Assembly (NCBI GenBank): GCA_963806855.1
Contig: CAWDYW010000001.1
Coordinates: 192,001-256,000, forward strand
Direction: 5' to 3'
DNA: 64,000 nucleotides
DNA from: an uncultured Verrucomicrobiae bacterium
GTDB lineage: Bacteria; Chlamydiota; Chlamydiia; Chlamydiales; Rhabdochlamydiaceae
The notes under the pieces are model-generated. The model was not told where the DNA came from, ran no database searches, and saw only the letters and a list, made by a program, of their open reading frames with translations. The translations under genes and the position numbers were made by a program. Of this stretch, positions 47,510-57,237 are shown piece after piece (the first letter of the stretch is position 1; each line of letters begins with the position of its first letter).

Positions 47510-48184
47510 ATGTCAGGTTCGGTAGGTGGTATTGGAATATTTAATCCATGGGATAATTCTGCAGGTGATGCGGAAAGATATAGACAAGTCGAACAATTAA
47601 AAGAAAATTATATGACAGCGTTATGCAATCAATCTGATAATCATGGTTCTAATTTTCATATTAATTCAAGTTCTCTGAGTGTTGAGGTTTGTCAGGCGCT
47701 TTGTATAAATTTGGATCATATATTTACAGACCTTTGCTCAAATCAGCATCGTACTAGGATTATAGAGTCGCTTTTAATAAAAGTTCCACAAGAGCAGTGG
47801 AGCGTTCTAATGAAACAAGTCTGTTTTATTATGCCTAAAGGCACGCAAGGCCATGATGTAATGTGGGCTACTGAAATTCTTGCGGCGATTGCAGATCCTT
47901 CTGAGCGTGAACAAGTGGTAAACACTGCCCATGGTCTATTTACATATAATGCTTCGACCTGTGAACGGGGCTATATTTTAGAAGCTGTAAAGAACCTCCC
48001 TCCAGATGAAATCAAACGTTTATATGGTGCTGATAAAGAGGAGCGGACAAAATTTGTAAATGGCTGTTTACCAAGTGTGGATTTTAGAGAAGGATTTAAA
48101 GTCGTGGGCATTATGGATCCCTGTCAAAAAAAATGGGTTAAATTGGAAGAAGACGATAATGGAGCAGTAAGAATTATTAAGTGA
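47510..48184 (+). CDS. hypothetical helical protein (cassette 1)
   Basis: AGGAG RBS, MSGSVGGIG start; near-identical paralog follows. Confidence 0.75.
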   Translation: MSGSVGGIGIFNPWDNSAGDAERYRQVEQLKENYMTALCNQSDNHGSNFHINSSSLSVEVCQALCINLDHIFTDLCSNQHRTRIIESLLIKVPQEQWSVLMKQVCFIMPKGTQGHDVMWATEILAAIADPSEREQVVNTAHGLFTYNASTCERGYILEAVKNLPPDEIKRLYGADKEERTKFVNGCLPSVDFREGFKVVGIMDPCQKKWVKLEEDDNGAVRIIK

Positions 48185-48387
48185 TCCAGTACTGTGTTAT
48201 TGAGCTTGCCTTGAATTCGACAGCAAAGATACGCAGAGCGCAACGTCATCAAGACAGAAGACGTTTAATCTCAAAAAGGACTGACAATTTAATCCAATTT
48301 ATTGTTATCCTTTGCGGATATTTGATTCGTTTGGAATAAATCCATTGGTCAGTAATTCGTGTGTAAATTTTAACAGGAGATCAAAAT

Positions 48388-48834
48388 ATGTCGGGCTCAG
48401 TAGGTGGCATTGGAACACATAATCCATGGGGTAATTCTGCAGGTGATGCGGAAAGAAATTTGGACCAGATAATTACAGATCGTTGCTTAAATGAGCATCG
48501 TACTAGGATTATAAGCCTGCTTCTAAATGTTCCGCAAGAGCAGCGGAGCGTTCTAATGAAACAAGTCTGTTTTATTATGCCTAAAGGCGCGCAAGGCCAT
48601 GATGTAGTGTGGGCTACTGAAATTCTTGCGTCGATTGAAGATCCTTCTGAGCGTGAACAAGTGGTAAACACTGCCCATGGTCTATTTACATATAATACTT
48701 CGATCGGCGATCGGGTCTATATTTTAGAAGCTGTAAAGAAGCTTCCTCCAGATGAGATCAAACGTTTATATTGTGCTGATAAAGAGGACCGGACAAAATT
48801 TGTGACAGGCTGTTTACCCAGGTGGGGATATTAG
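48388..48834 (+). pseudogene. degenerate paralog of 47510-48184 (cassette 2)
   Basis: Lacks 43 internal residues of the paralog and stops early; DNA homology continues past the stop to ~48860. Confidence 0.6.
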
Positions 48835-48858
48835 ATAAGGATTTAAAGTCGTGGACTT

Positions 48859-48921
48859 TATACCCAAGATGACTCAAAAGTTGGCCGATAGGCGGGATTG
48901 AAAGCGCCTATCGGCCAACTT
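48859..48921. repeat. truncated palindromic element
   Basis: TATACC start; 17-bp perfect IR 48878-48894/48905-48921; GGCGGGATTGAAAGC shared with 27342-27356. Confidence 0.7.
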
Positions 48922-49108
48922 AACCCATGTTTTTTGACAGGGATCCAAATACCAAAGAGAGCCCTCTAACTGAGTCGATCGCACTCATGAGCCGCACAAC
49001 CGTCGGCGAAGCCTCAAGACAGAAGACGCTTAATCTCGTAAAAGCGCAGTATAATTTTGAATTGCTAATAAATTTGCGGTTTGATAAAATATATGTTAAT
49101 TAACTAAA

Positions 49109-50113
49109 ATGTTTTCTAATTTAATATCAAGCGAGCCAAGCTCTCAGACCCCCGCTACATTACAAATTGAAGAAGTACGTAATCGATTAAACGACTCTAT
49201 TTGTCAGAAAATGCAAGGGATTTGTGCAGACAATAAACGGCGTTTAGAAGAGTCCAAAACCAATGCTAGCCTGTTGGAGAAAGGGATCTTTTTTCCTCCA
49301 GAATATTATTATGCACTAAAAAGAGCTGGAGCAGAAAAACAAATTGAAGAATTAAGAAACTGTGATGCCTTTTTTCATGGGCATGTATCTTCAGATCATT
49401 TTGAGCCTGTTTTAAACGATAAAAGCATTACTGGAAAACAGCGCTTTTGTTTTACCCTTAAAAAAGGGGTTTGTCCGGCAGAAGCTTTAAGAACAATCGA
49501 AAAAGGTTTAAGTCTCATAGAATGCAAAGCCGTTTTTCACATTGTAGCCTACCAGGCGATTCAAGAGATTCTTGGAATAGATAAATTTTATCATCTCTTT
49601 AGTAGAGATTCATCAACACCTTTAGTTATTGGGTTACTGCGGCCTCAGAATCCTCTTTATCGGTTAATTGAAACATTAAATGAAACTAATCCTAATAAAT
49701 CGATGATAGAAAAGGGGGATCTGGTTTATTTTAGGAACCGCCCATTTTACCTTGAGAAACATGTGGATGGAATGGCGCAAGGATTCAATACGATTTGCAT
49801 CGATGATCGTTGGGGATCTCAAAAATTCGTTGCGCTGGGATTAGAGCCAAAAGGACTAGAAGAAAAAGGGATTATTCAAGTTCTCTTTGAAGAGCTGATT
49901 CAAGAGCCCGATCATTTAGATTATTTGTCAACTACGACAAAAGCAGCATTATGCAAAGACTTACAGGTAGAGAAATGGCTAATAAATCCTCAAGATTGTC
50001 ACGATCTTTCAAAATGGGACTGTACTCTTCTCTCAAGATTTGACGCAGAAAAAATCACAGCGCTAGCAAATAGCACTCTTGAAGAAGCTCGAAGGCTTCT
50101 CGATCAATGGTAA
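49109..50113 (+). CDS. Tgl-like (transglutaminase/papain-fold) protein (cassette 3)
   Basis: LK..V.PAEALR.I....LIEC......YQAI...LG.DKF...F, GDLVYFRN and QGFNTI match the recalled Bacillus Tgl motif order. Confidence 0.6.
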   Translation: MFSNLISSEPSSQTPATLQIEEVRNRLNDSICQKMQGICADNKRRLEESKTNASLLEKGIFFPPEYYYALKRAGAEKQIEELRNCDAFFHGHVSSDHFEPVLNDKSITGKQRFCFTLKKGVCPAEALRTIEKGLSLIECKAVFHIVAYQAIQEILGIDKFYHLFSRDSSTPLVIGLLRPQNPLYRLIETLNETNPNKSMIEKGDLVYFRNRPFYLEKHVDGMAQGFNTICIDDRWGSQKFVALGLEPKGLEEKGIIQVLFEELIQEPDHLDYLSTTTKAALCKDLQVEKWLINPQDCHDLSKWDCTLLSRFDAEKITALANSTLEEARRLLDQW

Positions 50114-50296
50114 TTATTGATCTTGCTTTGAATTTCGGCAGCATCGATAGGCAGAGCCCAACGTCATCAAGACAGAAGACGCTTAAAGAAAATTGTCAGA
50201 ACGTCTATAATAAAACGATGAATCTAAAGAAATTGTGTCATTTATCCTATAACGCCGTAAAACAAGGCCCTTTAGGGCCGTGATGTAAGGCGCCGT

Positions 50297-50713
50297 TTAG
50301 TCTGGGGTATTCTGTTGTTCAATATACTGTCTAATGATCGATATTGGGGCTCCACCGCAAGAGCCTGCAAAATAACTTGGCGACCATAGGGCAGTTCCCC
50401 ATAGATATTTTGTAATAGATGGGTAGTTCTTCTTGCGGATCATCCTCGAAGATACCCCTTTTAATGAGTTTACAAGTTTTGAGACCGATACTTTAGGTGG
50501 ATAGTTGATCAACAGATGAACATGGTCTTTTTCGCCATCAAATTCTATCAGAACAGCTTCAAAATCAGTGCAGACACTTTCAAAGGTCTTCCTCAGATCA
50601 GATAGAATGGACTTAGTGAAGACACACCTTCTGTATTTTGTAACAAAGACCAAATGCACATGCAGAGCAAAAACACAGGATCTACCTCTTCTCAAATCTG
50701 TTGACTTTAACAT
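50297..50713 (-). CDS. tnpA: Y1 HUH transposase TnpA
   Basis: HVHLVFVTKYRR, DHVHLL (HUH), LKGVSS, WSPSYF, YIEQQ (catalytic Tyr). Confidence 0.96.
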   Translation of the reverse strand: MLKSTDLRRGRSCVFALHVHLVFVTKYRRCVFTKSILSDLRKTFESVCTDFEAVLIEFDGEKDHVHLLINYPPKVSVSKLVNSLKGVSSRMIRKKNYPSITKYLWGTALWSPSYFAGSCGGAPISIIRQYIEQQNTPD

Positions 50714-50736
50714 AGGCCAAATTTAAAATTTAAACC

Positions 50737-51924
50737 ATGATCTTAAAAAGGGCATTCAAATTCAAGCTAAAACCTACTTTGTTGCAATATGAAATGTTCT
50801 TACGCTTTGCCGGGGCTCGTCGTTTTGTATTTAATCGAGGACTAGATGAGCGACAAAAAGCCTACGAAGCTACTGGAAAAGGCCCTTCTTATTTCGAACA
50901 AAACAAAGAACTAACCCGATTAAAAGAAACAGAGGAGACTTCTTGGTTGAAGGAAATCCATAGCCAGGTGCTTCAACAAGGGCTTAAGGATCTCGATAGA
51001 GCATTTCAGAACTTTTTTGTAAGAGTAAAGAAAGGGAAGAAGCCGGGGTATCCAAATTTTAAAAAGAAAGGGATGAATGAGAGCTTCCGATTCCCACAAG
51101 GAGTCAAAGTTGAAAATTCCAAGGTCTATTTACCCAAAATCGGATGGGTGAAATTTCGAAAATCGCGAGATATCCAAGGTGAGATCAAAGAGACAACCGT
51201 CCTGCAAGAGGGAACCGATTGGGTTATCTCATTCTCATGTGAATGGGAAAAGGTACTCCCAAAGAAAGCGCCTATAGATGAAGAGCGGGCGATAGGGATC
51301 GATGTAGGGATAGAACATTTCGCTACTACGGCAGCTGGAAAGGAAAACAGAGCAGAAGAGATTGAAAATCCAAAGTTTTTGAGAAAAAAGCTATCCCATC
51401 TTCGATATCTCTCAAGACAATTATCCAGGAAAACCCCAAAAGGAAAAAATAGACTCAAGGCCAGGCTAAAAGTCTCCAAGTTACATGCCAGCATCAAGAA
51501 CCTCAGAAATGATTTTGTACAACAACTCTCAGCAAAGATGGTCAAAACCCACGACATCTTTTGCATTGAGAGCCTAGATATTTCCAGCCTACTAGAGAAG
51601 AGCCCAAAAGGACTTTCCCGAGCGATATCAGATGCGGGCTGGGGAAGTTTTTTGCACTGCCTTAATTACAAAATTGAAGAGCACGGAAAACACCTTGTAG
51701 CAGTAGACAGGTATTTTCCAAGCAGTCAAATTTGTGCGGCATGTGATAGTCGGCAAAAGATGCCCCTCTCTATCCGGGAGTATCATTGTCCAAATTGCGG
51801 AGTAAAGAATGCCCGTGATTACAACAGTGCGATAGTTCTAAAGGCCGCCGGAATGTCGGTCTTAAAAGCCTGTGGAGCTGCCCTCGTTGGAGGGAGCGTT
51901 GAAGCAGGAATCTCTCGACTTTAG
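50737..51924 (+). CDS. tnpB: RNA-guided endonuclease TnpB
   Basis: AFKFKLKP, RuvC-I IGIDVG, RuvC-II IESL, zinc finger CAAC..CPNC, RuvC-III RDYNSA. Confidence 0.95.
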   Translation: MILKRAFKFKLKPTLLQYEMFLRFAGARRFVFNRGLDERQKAYEATGKGPSYFEQNKELTRLKETEETSWLKEIHSQVLQQGLKDLDRAFQNFFVRVKKGKKPGYPNFKKKGMNESFRFPQGVKVENSKVYLPKIGWVKFRKSRDIQGEIKETTVLQEGTDWVISFSCEWEKVLPKKAPIDEERAIGIDVGIEHFATTAAGKENRAEEIENPKFLRKKLSHLRYLSRQLSRKTPKGKNRLKARLKVSKLHASIKNLRNDFVQQLSAKMVKTHDIFCIESLDISSLLEKSPKGLSRAISDAGWGSFLHCLNYKIEEHGKHLVAVDRYFPSSQICAACDSRQKMPLSIREYHCPNCGVKNARDYNSAIVLKAAGMSVLKACGAALVGGSVEAGISRL

Positions 51925-52181
51925 TCGGGAGAGGTTCAAGCTTAATATTGAATGACCCGATTTGGATCAGATCGGACACTCGATAGATACTCAAAACAAA
52001 GACCGTTTGTTCCTAAAGCGGTGTAATTTTCTTCTGTTGTAGGAGGATGGTCTAAATTATTGACATATTCCCCTACGTGATTTCCAAGTGTCACATCGGG
52101 ATCAGAAGCGTTAAAAAAGGGCAACAGGTTCATCTGGATAATAGAAATATTTAGACGAGATCAATTTTGGGCATATGCAAA

Positions 52182-52826
52182 TCATATGTAATATGATAAA
52201 TATCGATGTGTTATTGAGTGGATCACTTTTGGCAGAAAGTAGCCGATAGCTATTCCGCCAATATGAACTGCCTCCACATAGGCAAAAAGGGCAATCGAAC
52301 CTGATATTCCGTTTTTACCCAGATCGAAAGAGCCAATCGCAATTATTGCGGCAAAGAATAAATTCACTTTCTTCGCTGTTACTCCATCAAGCGCATGTAC
52401 TGCATCCATTCCCATAATGCTCAAACTGCAACTCATAATAAAAAGCCCCAAGAATACGTTAGAAGACATTTTATCAGCAAGCCATACTGGACTGTAGAAC
52501 AGTAGGCCACTAATTAGTATAGGGATTTGCTCTGCATGTTTATCTACTATTTTCCAAATTCGTTCTAGAAAAGGAGGTTTTGGAATTGAATCCTGATCAA
52601 TTGTAGCACGGCAAAGTGAGCAATTGCTTTGATAAAAGGCCATTCTCCTTAAGCAAATTTCATGAATATAGTGAATAAGTTGAGATGAACCCTTACCTGC
52701 TGGATGAGCCCACCAAGACCTTCCATTATCTGATGTAGTAGTCTCTAGACAAACAGAGCAATTTTCATTGCCTGGAACCTCTTCTCGCTTAATAGGTTGA
52801 AATGAAACGAAAGTAGTAACTGCCAT
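52182..52826 (-). CDS. RING-finger membrane protein (eukaryote-like E3 ligase candidate)
   Basis: CSVC-x12-H...HYIHEIC-x9-CSLCR followed by several TM segments. Confidence 0.75.
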   Translation of the reverse strand: MAVTTFVSFQPIKREEVPGNENCSVCLETTTSDNGRSWWAHPAGKGSSQLIHYIHEICLRRMAFYQSNCSLCRATIDQDSIPKPPFLERIWKIVDKHAEQIPILISGLLFYSPVWLADKMSSNVFLGLFIMSCSLSIMGMDAVHALDGVTAKKVNLFFAAIIAIGSFDLGKNGISGSIALFAYVEAVHIGGIAIGYFLPKVIHSITHRYLSYYI

Positions 52827-52912
52827 TTTTAAACCCCTTCAATTGATTATAGTGATTATATAATAAATATTGTTAAAAAGTCAATTAAAAAATACTTTTT
52901 GCATACTTAATT

Positions 52913-53608
52913 TTAATATAAACAGGTGCTTTGACGATGGGGTTGCTCTAGAATTGGAAGGACATCTTCTAAACGGATAGGTTGAACGGGGAAATGGCTG
53001 GTAAGAACATTTTTGACTGATTCGATGCATGCGGTTTTGTCGGGCATGTGGTGAGATAGGCAGGTTAAGAAATCATCATGCTGCCGCTCTTGTCGGTAGG
53101 TCGGGGTCTTTTTAGGGTGGAGCAAAAGATCCATGAGCTCTTTCTGATAGTTCCAGAGGAAGGTGGTGTGATGCAGCCAGCGCCCTTTTCGTAAATACTG
53201 GGCATTGCCGCCACACTTCTTCTCGCCGATTACATAGTCGTTTTCTCTAAGCTGGAATTCTTCTAATTTGAAGGCTGCCTTGTAAATCCCTTCGGTCCAT
53301 TTCATGATCGGTTCAGGGTAGGGGGCGAAATCGTGCGATTCGGTTTGGCAGAGGAAGGAGATGAAGAGGGTCTCATCGTCCACGACGACTGTCCCTCCGC
53401 CGCTGAACCGTTTGATCACGGGAATCTTAGCGAGAGAAGCTCTTTCTACGTCGATCAACTCTTCGGGTTTGCCGGAAATTCCCATCACGATGGCAGGAGG
53501 TGACCCTTCATTGATGATGCAATAATTGCTGCTGTCGAGCCGTAAAAGGGCCTCCTCCAGTTGCAATTGCTTAAAGATCGGATAGTTCTTTAGGTGCAGA
53601 ATTTTCAT
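52913..53608 (-). CDS. lipoate-protein ligase family protein
   Basis: QLQLEEALL, KRFSGGGTVV, KKCGGNAQ, HHTTFL. Confidence 0.88.
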   Translation of the reverse strand: MKILHLKNYPIFKQLQLEEALLRLDSSNYCIINEGSPPAIVMGISGKPEELIDVERASLAKIPVIKRFSGGGTVVVDDETLFISFLCQTESHDFAPYPEPIMKWTEGIYKAAFKLEEFQLRENDYVIGEKKCGGNAQYLRKGRWLHHTTFLWNYQKELMDLLLHPKKTPTYRQERQHDDFLTCLSHHMPDKTACIESVKNVLTSHFPVQPIRLEDVLPILEQPHRQSTCLY

Positions 53609-55422
53609 GCTTTCTTTTCATAGCGACCATCAAGATCGAAATGTCGGCTGGGTTCACTCCTGAAAGGCGTGAGGCTTGTCCCAAATTGACCGGTTTAATT
53701 TTCTTGAGCACTTCGCGCGCTTCATTGCGCAGGCCAATCACGGATCCAAAATCAAAATCGGCGGGGACTTTGATGTTTTCGATTTGATCGAGCTTGGCAA
53801 TTTCGATTGTTTGCCTTTCGATATACCCTTCGTACTTGAGGTAGAGCTCGATTTGGCGATTGATCTCGCCACCATGATCGGGGATGCCGAGCTCTATAAG
53901 TTGAACATAGTACACTTCGGGACGGCAGAGCATCTGGGCGAGGTTGGTCCGTTTCCCTTCGACATCTTTATGTGTTTTTCGTAAGAATGCGATCATCTCT
54001 TCGATGATTTGCTTCTTTTTAAGTAATTTTTGATAGCGCGCTTCGTCGATTAGGCCGAGTTGATAGCCATAGGGGCGCAGGCGTAGGTCGGCATTATCTT
54101 GGCGCAGGAGGAGGCGGTGTTCGGCGCGGCTGGTGAACATCCGGTAGGGCTCGTCGAGGTCTTTTGAGATCAGCTCATCGATCATCACGCCGATATAGGC
54201 TTCGGAACGTTTGAGGATGAATGCGTGGTTTGCCGAGGATTTTGCAGGCAGCGTTGATTCCGGCGATGAGGCCTTGTGCGGCTGCCTCTTCGTAGCCGGT
54301 TGTGCCGTTGATTTGTCCGGCGAGAAAGAGCCCGTAGATGGTTTTGGTCTCGAGGGTCAGGTTGAGCTGGCCGCTTATGACGTAGTCGTATTCGATCGCA
54401 TAGGCAGGGCGCATCATTTCTGCTTTTTCGAGGCCGGGGACGCTGTGGAGCATCTTTAATTGTACATCGAAGGGGAGCGAGGAAGAGATGCCGTTGACGT
54501 AGATCTCATCGGTATCGAGCCCTTCCGGCTCGAGGAAGAGCTGGTGACGCTCTTTATCGGGGAAACGGCGCACTTTTTCTTCGAAAGAGGGGCAGTAGCG
54601 GGGTCCGATTCCTTTGATTTGCTCCGGAATACATTGGGGAGCGGTGGATGTTCTCTTGGACGACTTTCTTTGGTCTCCTCGGTAGGTGTAGGTGATCCAG
54701 CAACTGACTTGGGGAAGCCGCGGCTCGGGCTCATCGTAAGAGAAGCTAAGGCCCTCGTCGCCTGGTTGCTCATCCATTTGGGTGAAGTCGATGCTGCGGC
54801 GGTGGATGCGGGGCGGCGTCCCGGTTTTGAGACGGCCGAGTCGAAAGCCGAGGTCGAGGAGATTTTTGGAGAGGCCAACGGATGGTTGATCGCCGGCGCG
54901 GCCGCCTGGGTAAGAGACTTCGCCGATGTGGATCAGCCCTTGCATGAATGTCCCAGCCGAGAGGACGACAGCTTTGCCGAGGTAGGCGATCCCCTCTTTG
55001 GTCCTCACTCCGGTGACTCGATTGTCTTCGATGATCAGTCCTTCGGTGGTCGCTTGCTTGATGAAGAGGTTGTCGATCCCCTCGAGCATTTGCTTCATGA
55101 AGGTTTGGAAGGCAAATTTATCGGTTTGGGCACGGGGAGACCAGACGGCGGGGCCTTTCGAGGCGTTGAGCATCCGGAATTGGATGGCGCTCCGATCGGC
55201 AATTTTTCCTTGGATCCCACCCAGTGCATCGATTTCGCGGACTAAATGACCCTTGGCAGTCCCGCCAACAGCGGGATTGCAGCTCATTTTTCCGATAGTA
55301 TCGAGTGTCATGGTCAACAGGAGCGTCTTAGCCCCCATTTTGGCAGATGCATGCGCAGCTTCACAACCGGCATGCCCTGCGCCTACCACAATGACATCAA
55401 AAGATTCTGGATAGGTCCACAT
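53571..55422 (-). CDS. mnmG: tRNA uridine-5-carboxymethylaminomethyl modification enzyme (apparent indels)
   Basis: [63 protein letters not shown]; frame breaks near 54225 and 54620-54690. Confidence 0.95.
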
Positions 55423-55424
55423 TG

Positions 55425-55514
55425 TTATTTAGGCTTATGCCGATCGCGGCGGCGCCTTTTTTTTCGCTTGTGCTTGGCAATTTTTTTTTGACGTTTCTTC
55501 TTTACAGATGACAT
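55425..55514 (-). CDS. small basic protein, bS22/AURKAIP1-COX24-like
   Basis: [37 protein letters not shown]; not in the ORF track. Confidence 0.8.
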   Translation of the reverse strand: MSSVKKKRQKKIAKHKRKKRRRRDRHKPK

Positions 55515-55594
55515 TGAGTTCTCCTAGTCATAGAAGAGAATAGTACGCCAATTTCCTCTAAAAGTAAAGTGCCGAATGTGATAACCTCGAGGAT

Positions 55595-56602
55595 ATGACC
55601 TCCCTGATCGAGTTCCAAGCAGTCTCTAAGCGGTATTATCGGCAAAAGCAAAAAGATGTCCATGCACTCCGTCATGTCAACTTAAAAATTGAAAAAGGGG
55701 ATATTTTTGGGATCATCGGCCTCTCGGGTGCTGGGAAAACAACTCTTCTACGGTGCCTCGCCACATTGGAAAAGCCCTCGTTTGGTCAGATTTTAATCAG
55801 AGGGGAAGAGATCACGACGTTAGATGAGGTCGCCTTGCGCAGAGTGAGACGGCAGATGGGGATGATTTTCCAGCATTTTAATCTCTTTTCTTCCCGCACA
55901 GTCAGTGAGAATATTGCCTATCCGCTGGAAATCGGCGGCTTCCCCAAAGAAGAGGCCCGTCTCAAGGTGAGTGAGCTGATCCATTTAGTGGGTCTGGAAG
56001 AGCAAAGAGATGCCTACCCAGCCTCTTTAAGCGGCGGGCAGAAGCAGCGGGTGGGAATTGCCCGAGCGCTCGCCAACGCGCCTGAAATTTTGCTCTGTGA
56101 TGAGGCCACCTCTTCATTGGATCCAAGAACGACGAATGAGATATTGGATCTCATCAGAAAATTGCAGCAGGATCTCTCTTTGACTGTGGTCTTGATCACT
56201 CACCAGATGGAGGTGGTAAAGGCGCTCTGCAATAAGGTCGCTGTCCTCGAACGGGGCGAGGTGGTCGAAGAGGGGATGCTCTCAGAGGTCTTTAGCGAAC
56301 CGAAACATCCGCTCACCAAACAATTTTTGCAAAAGGCGGTACACGAAGTTCCGCAGTATCTGCTGACTGGCAAAGGAAAAGTGCTCCACCTCCACTTTAA
56401 GGGAGGAAAAGCTGAGAAACCGGTCATCACCCAAATGGTCAAAAAATTTCAGGTCGATGCCAATATTTTACTCGGCTGGATCGATTCGCTGCAGTCGGTC
56501 ACGATCGGCAATCTGATCATCGAACTCACTGGAGAGGCCCTAGATGAGGCGATTGAATTTCTCCGCTCCCAAGGGATCAAAGTAGAGGAGATACAATGTT
56601 AA
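55595..56602 (+). CDS. metN: methionine ABC transporter ATPase
   Basis: GLSGAGKT, LSGGQKQRV, LCDEATSSLD, C-terminal NIL domain. Confidence 0.94.
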   Translation: MTSLIEFQAVSKRYYRQKQKDVHALRHVNLKIEKGDIFGIIGLSGAGKTTLLRCLATLEKPSFGQILIRGEEITTLDEVALRRVRRQMGMIFQHFNLFSSRTVSENIAYPLEIGGFPKEEARLKVSELIHLVGLEEQRDAYPASLSGGQKQRVGIARALANAPEILLCDEATSSLDPRTTNEILDLIRKLQQDLSLTVVLITHQMEVVKALCNKVAVLERGEVVEEGMLSEVFSEPKHPLTKQFLQKAVHEVPQYLLTGKGKVLHLHFKGGKAEKPVITQMVKKFQVDANILLGWIDSLQSVTIGNLIIELTGEALDEAIEFLRSQGIKVEEIQC

Positions 56603-57237
56603 ATCTGCTCTTTGGAGCCACCGTTGAAACACTCTACATGGTTTTTACAGCGGCTTTTTTTGCGCTCCTGATCGGTCTTCCGCTGGGGATCATTTTATAT
56701 ATCACAGAAAAAAAACGGCCAACGGTCTATAGGATCCTCGGCACGATCGTCAATATCGGCAGATCATTCCCCTTTGCGATTTTGCTCATCGCCCTGATTC
56801 CATTTACCCGCTGGGTTGTCGGCACGAGTCTCGGCACAACCGCCTCTATCGTCCCTCTTGCCATTGCTGCCGCTCCCTATATTGCCCGCGTCGTCGAATC
56901 GATTCTACAAGGAATCGGGATCAGTCTCATTGAGGCAGCCACTGTGATGGGATCGACACCTTGGCAGATCATTGTCAAAGTGCTCCTGCCGGAAAGTATG
57001 CCCGCGCTGATTCGAGGCTACACCGTCGCCATAGTTAATCTGGTCGGCTACACCGCGATGGCAGGACTAGTCGGTGGGGGCGGCCTCGGCGCGGTTGCGA
57101 TTCAATATGGCTATCAGCGCTTTGATGGCTTCATCATGTTTTGGACGGTGGTCTTGCTGATCGTCATCGTTCAGCTGATCCAATGGGGCGGCAACACCTG
57201 GGCGAATGCCCTTCTAAAAAAACGGGGACTATTATGA
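56596..57237 (+). CDS. metI: methionine ABC transporter permease
   Basis: ETLYMV, RSFPF, EAA..MG, GGGGLG..AI.YGYQRF. Confidence 0.94.
   Translation: MLNLLFGATVETLYMVFTAAFFALLIGLPLGIILYITEKKRPTVYRILGTIVNIGRSFPFAILLIALIPFTRWVVGTSLGTTASIVPLAIAAAPYIARVVESILQGIGISLIEAATVMGSTPWQIIVKVLLPESMPALIRGYTVAIVNLVGYTAMAGLVGGGGLGAVAIQYGYQRFDGFIMFWTVVLLIVIVQLIQWGGNTWANALLKKRGLL

Larger units (their letters stand above)
47365..50186 (+). repeat. four direct copies of the sdhB 3' end delimiting three gene cassettes
   Basis: TCAAGACAGAAGACGYTTAA ends at 47392, 48268, 49033 and 50186. Confidence 0.9.
50246..51939 (+). mobile_element. IS200/IS605-family element, IS609-like (divergent tnpA/tnpB)
   Basis: TTAT target at 50242-50245; left-end hairpin GGCCC-TTTA-GGGCC; right end GAAT-CTCTCGACT-TT-AGTCGGGAG...TCAA (51936-51939). 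Confidence 0.88.

Noticed and set aside
47365..50186. Canonical integron or CRISPR array
   Set aside because: The repeats derive from sdhB coding sequence and lack attC-type inverted structure. No intI is present, and the spacers are whole genes with their own promoters.
51942..52133. 63-aa ORF next to the IS right end
   Set aside because: Short, no recognisable motif or clear RBS; could be a gene fragment but cannot be supported
53571..55422. mnmG as a pseudogene or programmed frameshift (likewise tatD, gspD, gspF and the TPR gene)
   Set aside because: The single-base indels mostly fall at short homopolymers in otherwise conserved genes across the window, and some compensate each other. 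Sequencing error is the simpler explanation.
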